IMG/VR virus record: IMGVR_UViG_3300038825_001395
DNA: 20,000 nucleotides
Direction: 5' to 3' (one strand)
Source of the DNA: an uncultured virus (IMG/VR IMGVR_UViG_3300038825_001395)
Taxonomy: Duplodnaviria; Heunggongvirae; Uroviricota; Caudoviricetes
Shown: positions 17,135-20,000 of the stretch, in pieces
Position numbering within the stretch: position 1 is the stretch's first letter
Layout: each line of letters opens with the position of its first letter
Notes under the pieces: model-generated
The model's database searches: none
The model's input: the letters and a program-made list of their open reading frames with translations, nothing else
Told to the model about the DNA's origin: nothing
Made by a program: the position numbers and the translations under genes

Positions 17135-17480
17135 TATTCATTCTCCTATGATAAATTGCTGGATTACTTAAAATTGATGTTGAAAACTTCCATTCATTAT
17201 CAAATAGAGGAAGTCCTTCTGTAAGTGTTATATGATACCCACGAGTTCTTCCAACTAAAGTTAAGGGATTATATGGATATTTTTCAACTCCATTTACTTC
17301 TAATTCATACTCAGCGTATTCTTCTAAATCTTCCCAAAGTTTGTTAATAAACTTTTTTTCTAATTGTAGTAATTCAAGTTCTAATTTTTTTTGCATTTTA
17401 GGTAATTGAATTACAGAAAGTATTCCTATTATCACAATTACCATAACTAATTCAATCATAGTAAAGCCTTTAGAATACAT
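17061..17480 (-). CDS. Type IV pilin / pseudopilin (139 aa)
   Basis: Prepilin motif KG|FTMIELVMVIVIIGILSVIQLP (G-1, F+1, E+5, P+22). C-terminal half is paralogous to 17947..18387. Confidence 0.9.
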   Translation of the reverse strand: MYSKGFTMIELVMVIVIIGILSVIQLPKMQKKLELELLQLEKKFINKLWEDLEEYAEYELEVNGVEKYPYNPLTLVGRTRGYHITLTEGLPLFDNEWKFSTSILSNPAIYHRRMNNEIWYYTYDSLNFILAEYPVKLEF

Positions 17481-17926
17481 TAAATTTCTCCGATTACTTC
17501 TTCTTCATAAGATGGGCTATCCTCATCCTCATCAACTATAATTATCATCCGTGTTACAAATCCCGTTTCAGATGTGTCGGATTGAACATAATAATAAAAT
17601 GGATTGTTATTAGAATTCATCGGAAGATCACCACTAAACAAATCATTAACCATTCTACCATCTGATAAAACTTGAGCCTTAAACTCTAAATCCATTTGAT
17701 TGTTTTCTGGTTGTGGTGGAAAGTTAGGGTTTCCTATCATATGTCCTTCTTGCCAATACATCATAAATGTTGTTTTAACAATCTCCATATTTGTGATATT
17801 AGATTGTCTTTGTGTAGCAAGAACATTAGATTGGTAGGAGGGGATAGCGAATGACATCAATATCCCCACCAACGAAATAGAAACAACTAACTCTGCCAAT
17901 GTGAAACCATCATTGGAGTTTCTCAT
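17480..17926 (-). CDS. Type IV pilin / pseudopilin (148 aa)
   Basis: DG|FTLAELVVSISLVGILMSFAIPSY motif; AGGAG SD. Confidence 0.9.
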   Translation of the reverse strand: MRNSNDGFTLAELVVSISLVGILMSFAIPSYQSNVLATQRQSNITNMEIVKTTFMMYWQEGHMIGNPNFPPQPENNQMDLEFKAQVLSDGRMVNDLFSGDLPMNSNNNPFYYYVQSDTSETGFVTRMIIIVDEDEDSPSYEEEVIGEI

Positions 17927-17946
17927 TGGGTTCTCCTTTTTATTTA

Positions 17947-18387
17947 TTAAAGAGCTACCCTTTCACCGATTGAACCGATAGCAGCATTATCTCCATCTTG
18001 AACACCTTTATCATAGTCCCAAGCCCAACGAGTATTATCATTTCTCTGATGGGTAATCTGTAATGTTACTAAGTTATATGTCCATTCTCCATCTGTATCT
18101 GCATCATCTGTATCAGTAGCATCATATCCAGCAGGAGTTTCTTCTAATCCATCAAATGGATGATCTGGCCATACCTTACGACCTTCTGAAAATAGTTGTT
18201 CCATAGCATAGTTGGATAGTCCAGCTTGTATACTAGCGATTATAGCATCTTCAGCAGCTTCTTCAGCTTTTGTTACAGTTCCAAGATATCTTGGTACAGC
18301 AACTGCTGATAAAATACCTAAAATTATTGTTACCATTATTAGTTCAATTAATGTGAACCCTTTGTTGTCTTTTATTGTGTTAAACAT
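17947..18387 (-). CDS. Type IV pilin / pseudopilin (146 aa), MshA/PilA-like N-terminus
   Basis: KG|FTLIELIMVTIILGILSAVAVPRY motif; AAGGAG SD. Confidence 0.92.
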   Translation of the reverse strand: MFNTIKDNKGFTLIELIMVTIILGILSAVAVPRYLGTVTKAEEAAEDAIIASIQAGLSNYAMEQLFSEGRKVWPDHPFDGLEETPAGYDATDTDDADTDGEWTYNLVTLQITHQRNDNTRWAWDYDKGVQDGDNAAIGSIGERVAL

Positions 18388-18398
18388 TTCTGTTCTCC

Positions 18399-19034
18399 TT
18401 ACGGTTGTAGTTTCTTTTTAAAGTTAGCAGGTGATTCTAAATCAGCCACATAAAGTATTGGTGAATAAGAGGATTGTCCACTTCCACCACCAGCGATTAC
18501 TGTGTAAATATAGTGTCCATCCTGAAAAGGTGATTTAACAGCGTTTCCACCAAATTCATTTAGGAACTCTTCAGCTCCAACGGTTTCGCTGAAAGAACCA
18601 TCATCATCTGGATCTTCAGCAGTATTGACACTAGCACCCGTTGGCATTGGATTAGCAGGATTTTGTGTTCCAAATATAGAAGCCCATTTAGATGCTTCTG
18701 CACTTTCAAATGTTTGGAATACATTAAGTCCAGCTACCACAGAACTTTCATCTTGGTATCCACCACCATCAGGAACAGATTCATTGTATTTAACTTGACC
18801 TGGAAATCTTCCACGACCTTCACTAGTTACTTTTTCATTATAAAAGTTATTAGCAGATTTTACAATCTTATCAATATCAGCTAATGTCTTTTTTTCTTTA
18901 GCACCCTCTCCTACGCCAGAGAACTTAGGTGCAGCAGTAGTAGCGAGTGTCGCCATCATCGCTGTTGTTACAGCGAATTCAGCGAGTGACTGACCACTTC
19001 TACCTTTTAATTTTTTTCTTAGCTTTTGAAACAT
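18399..19034 (-). CDS. Pilin-like protein with atypical G|QSLAE cleavage motif (211 aa); candidate major pilin
   Basis: Basic leader MFQKLRKKLKGRSG|QSLAEFAVTTAMMATLATTAAPKF (E+5, P+22). AGGAGA SD at 19041-19046. First gene after the promoter region. Confidence 0.8.
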   Translation of the reverse strand: MFQKLRKKLKGRSGQSLAEFAVTTAMMATLATTAAPKFSGVGEGAKEKKTLADIDKIVKSANNFYNEKVTSEGRGRFPGQVKYNESVPDGGGYQDESSVVAGLNVFQTFESAEASKWASIFGTQNPANPMPTGASVNTAEDPDDDGSFSETVGAEEFLNEFGGNAVKSPFQDGHYIYTVIAGGGSGQSSYSPILYVADLESPANFKKKLQP

Positions 19035-19071
19035 TTTGTTTCTCCTATGTTAGTTGTTCTACACTATATAA

Positions 19072-19088
19072 TACAAAAACTATACCAA
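19072..19088 (-). promoter_or_regulatory. Sigma54 (RpoN)-like -24/-12 promoter for the pilin operon
   Basis: Minus strand TTGGTAT-AGTTT-TTGTA versus consensus TGGCAC-N5-TTGC(A/T). GG-N10-G spacing is exact, but -12 is GT instead of GC. Lies ~40-50 nt upstream of the first pilin ATG. Confidence 0.55.
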
Positions 19089-19160
19089 AGTACCTGTTTT
19101 TTACAAGTTTTTTTTAATTATTTTTTTAGTATTGATATTGTTGAGGTTAGGGGTATAAAT

Positions 19161-19189
19161 AAAAAAACCCCACTATGTGTGAGGTTTTT
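19161..19189 (-). terminator. Rho-independent terminator after the thioredoxin-like gene
   Basis: mRNA AAAAACCUCAC-ACAUA-GUGGGG-UUUUUUU: stem with one G-U pair followed by U7. Confidence 0.8.
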
Positions 19190-19191
19190 AA

Positions 19192-19233
19192 AATGATACA
19201 ACTGTATTTATTTGTTACAAATTATGTATCATT
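19192..19233. repeat. Inverted repeat AATGATACA-N24-TGTATCATT enclosing TGT-N11-ACA and the near-palindrome ATTTGT-T-ACAAAT; candidate activator binding sites
   Basis: Arms at 19192-19200 and 19225-19233; TGT-N11-ACA at 19203-19219; palindrome at 19210-19222. Confidence 0.5.
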
Positions 19234-19606
19234 AAAATACATCTTCTGCTAATACATCATCTATAGCACTTTTTATTTCTTTATTACTGGCATCTATCTC
19301 ACCATCCATATCACCTTTCCAAGTTTCTTTCTTAGAACCATCATAGAAAAGAGCCATAGATGGAAAGTTTCTAAATCTAAGTTTCTTTATTACTTTTGGT
19401 GCTTCTTCACTTTTAACATAAAGTATTTTACAATCTTGATATCCCTTTACACCCTTTATAAGTGATTCATCAAAATCAGCGTCTTGCCATTCTGATGTAA
19501 ATATGGCTACGACTATACCACCATTAATTTTTTCTTTAAAGTTCTTATCATTTATTTGTCCGTATGACACAGACAAAAATAATAATAAAGTAAATATAAA
19601 TCTCAT
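19232..19606 (-). CDS. Secreted thioredoxin-fold protein lacking the CxxC motif (124 aa)
   Basis: Signal peptide ..VSYG|Q, then INDKNFKEKI..VVAIFTSEW(QDAD), cis-Pro loop RNFPSMALFYDG. AGGAG SD. Confidence 0.75.
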   Translation of the reverse strand: MRFIFTLLLFLSVSYGQINDKNFKEKINGGIVVAIFTSEWQDADFDESLIKGVKGYQDCKILYVKSEEAPKVIKKLRFRNFPSMALFYDGSKKETWKGDMDGEIDASNKEIKSAIDDVLAEDVF

Positions 19607-19615
19607 AAGTAACTC

Positions 19616-20000
19616 CTATTTGTCTTTCTTCCTTCGTTCTAGGTCTTTAATATCCGATCTTAATTCTTTTATAAGTTCTTCATACTCATCTATTATTTCA
19701 TAGACGGCATCCATATCTTCTTGTAGTCCACCTACTTGGTTTTTATATTGTTCATAAGAACGAGGCCAGTTATGACCATCAGGTTTAGATGGATATTCAT
19801 CTGTAAAAATTGATTCTACATTTATTTCAGGTAGATTTTTTGCTTCTTCTATTTCTTGTAATAACATATAATAACCACCGACAGCAGTAGATATAAGAGT
19901 TATCAACCCTACTATGGTTTGAACCGACATTGAGAACTTAGTTCCCATAACCTTTTCTTCCGATAACTCAACCGGTTCTTCTTTTACAGGTTCGGGTTCA
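19616..20000 (-). CDS. Single-TM membrane protein with C-terminal coiled coil, 5'-truncated by the window
   Basis: The frame stays open upstream of the listed ATG 19948 to the window edge (..EPEPVKEEPVELSEEKVMGTKF..). Hydrophobic segment TIVGLITLISTAVGGYYML; heptad-rich C-terminus. Confidence 0.7.
   Translation of the reverse strand, partial: EPEPVKEEPVELSEEKVMGTKFSMSVQTIVGLITLISTAVGGYYMLLQEIEEAKNLPEINVESIFTDEYPSKPDGHNWPRSYEQYKNQVGGLQEDMDAVYEIIDEYEELIKELRSDIKDLERRKKDK

Noticed and set aside
19120..19150. IHF site between the putative enhancer and the sigma54-like promoter
   Set aside because: TATCAA is present on the minus strand but the downstream TTR of the consensus is missing; too weak in AT-rich DNA.
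7346..19703. Other short + strand ORFs (7346, 10062, 14034, 14057, 14990, 18212, 18663, 19503)
   Set aside because: All lie antisense to well-supported minus-strand genes and show no recognisable motifs.

Overview
AT-rich, densely packed, almost entirely minus-strand segment that reads as part of a large tailed dsDNA phage genome, probably marine and infecting an FCB-group host such as Marinimicrobia (inference). In the direction of transcription (right to left) it contains: (i) a partial membrane protein and a secreted thioredoxin-fold protein lacking CxxC, then an intrinsic terminator; (ii) a host-like envelope cassette with a sigma54-like promoter, four type IV pilin/pseudopilin genes, a secreted protein, and a secreted redoxin-TSP3-dockerin-CTD protein. 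The ORF track truncates this last gene because it has an in-frame UGA in a W-U-P-S-C motif followed by a SECIS-like hairpin, making it a probable phage-encoded selenoprotein; (iii) a run of small phage proteins, most sharing an N-terminal M-x-K-L-x-D-(L/I)-L..E leader (P-loop kinase, HAD phosphatase, HExxH protein, Cys-rich and modular basic proteins); (iv) RuvC-like resolvase, DnaG-like primase and a fused SbcD-SbcC (Mre11-Rad50); (v) an unlisted 54-aa ribbon-helix-helix gene on the + strand; (vi) a 2309-aa tail-fibre-like protein whose module junctions carry DNA repeats conserved at synonymous positions. All calls come from reading motifs by eye; no database searches were run.
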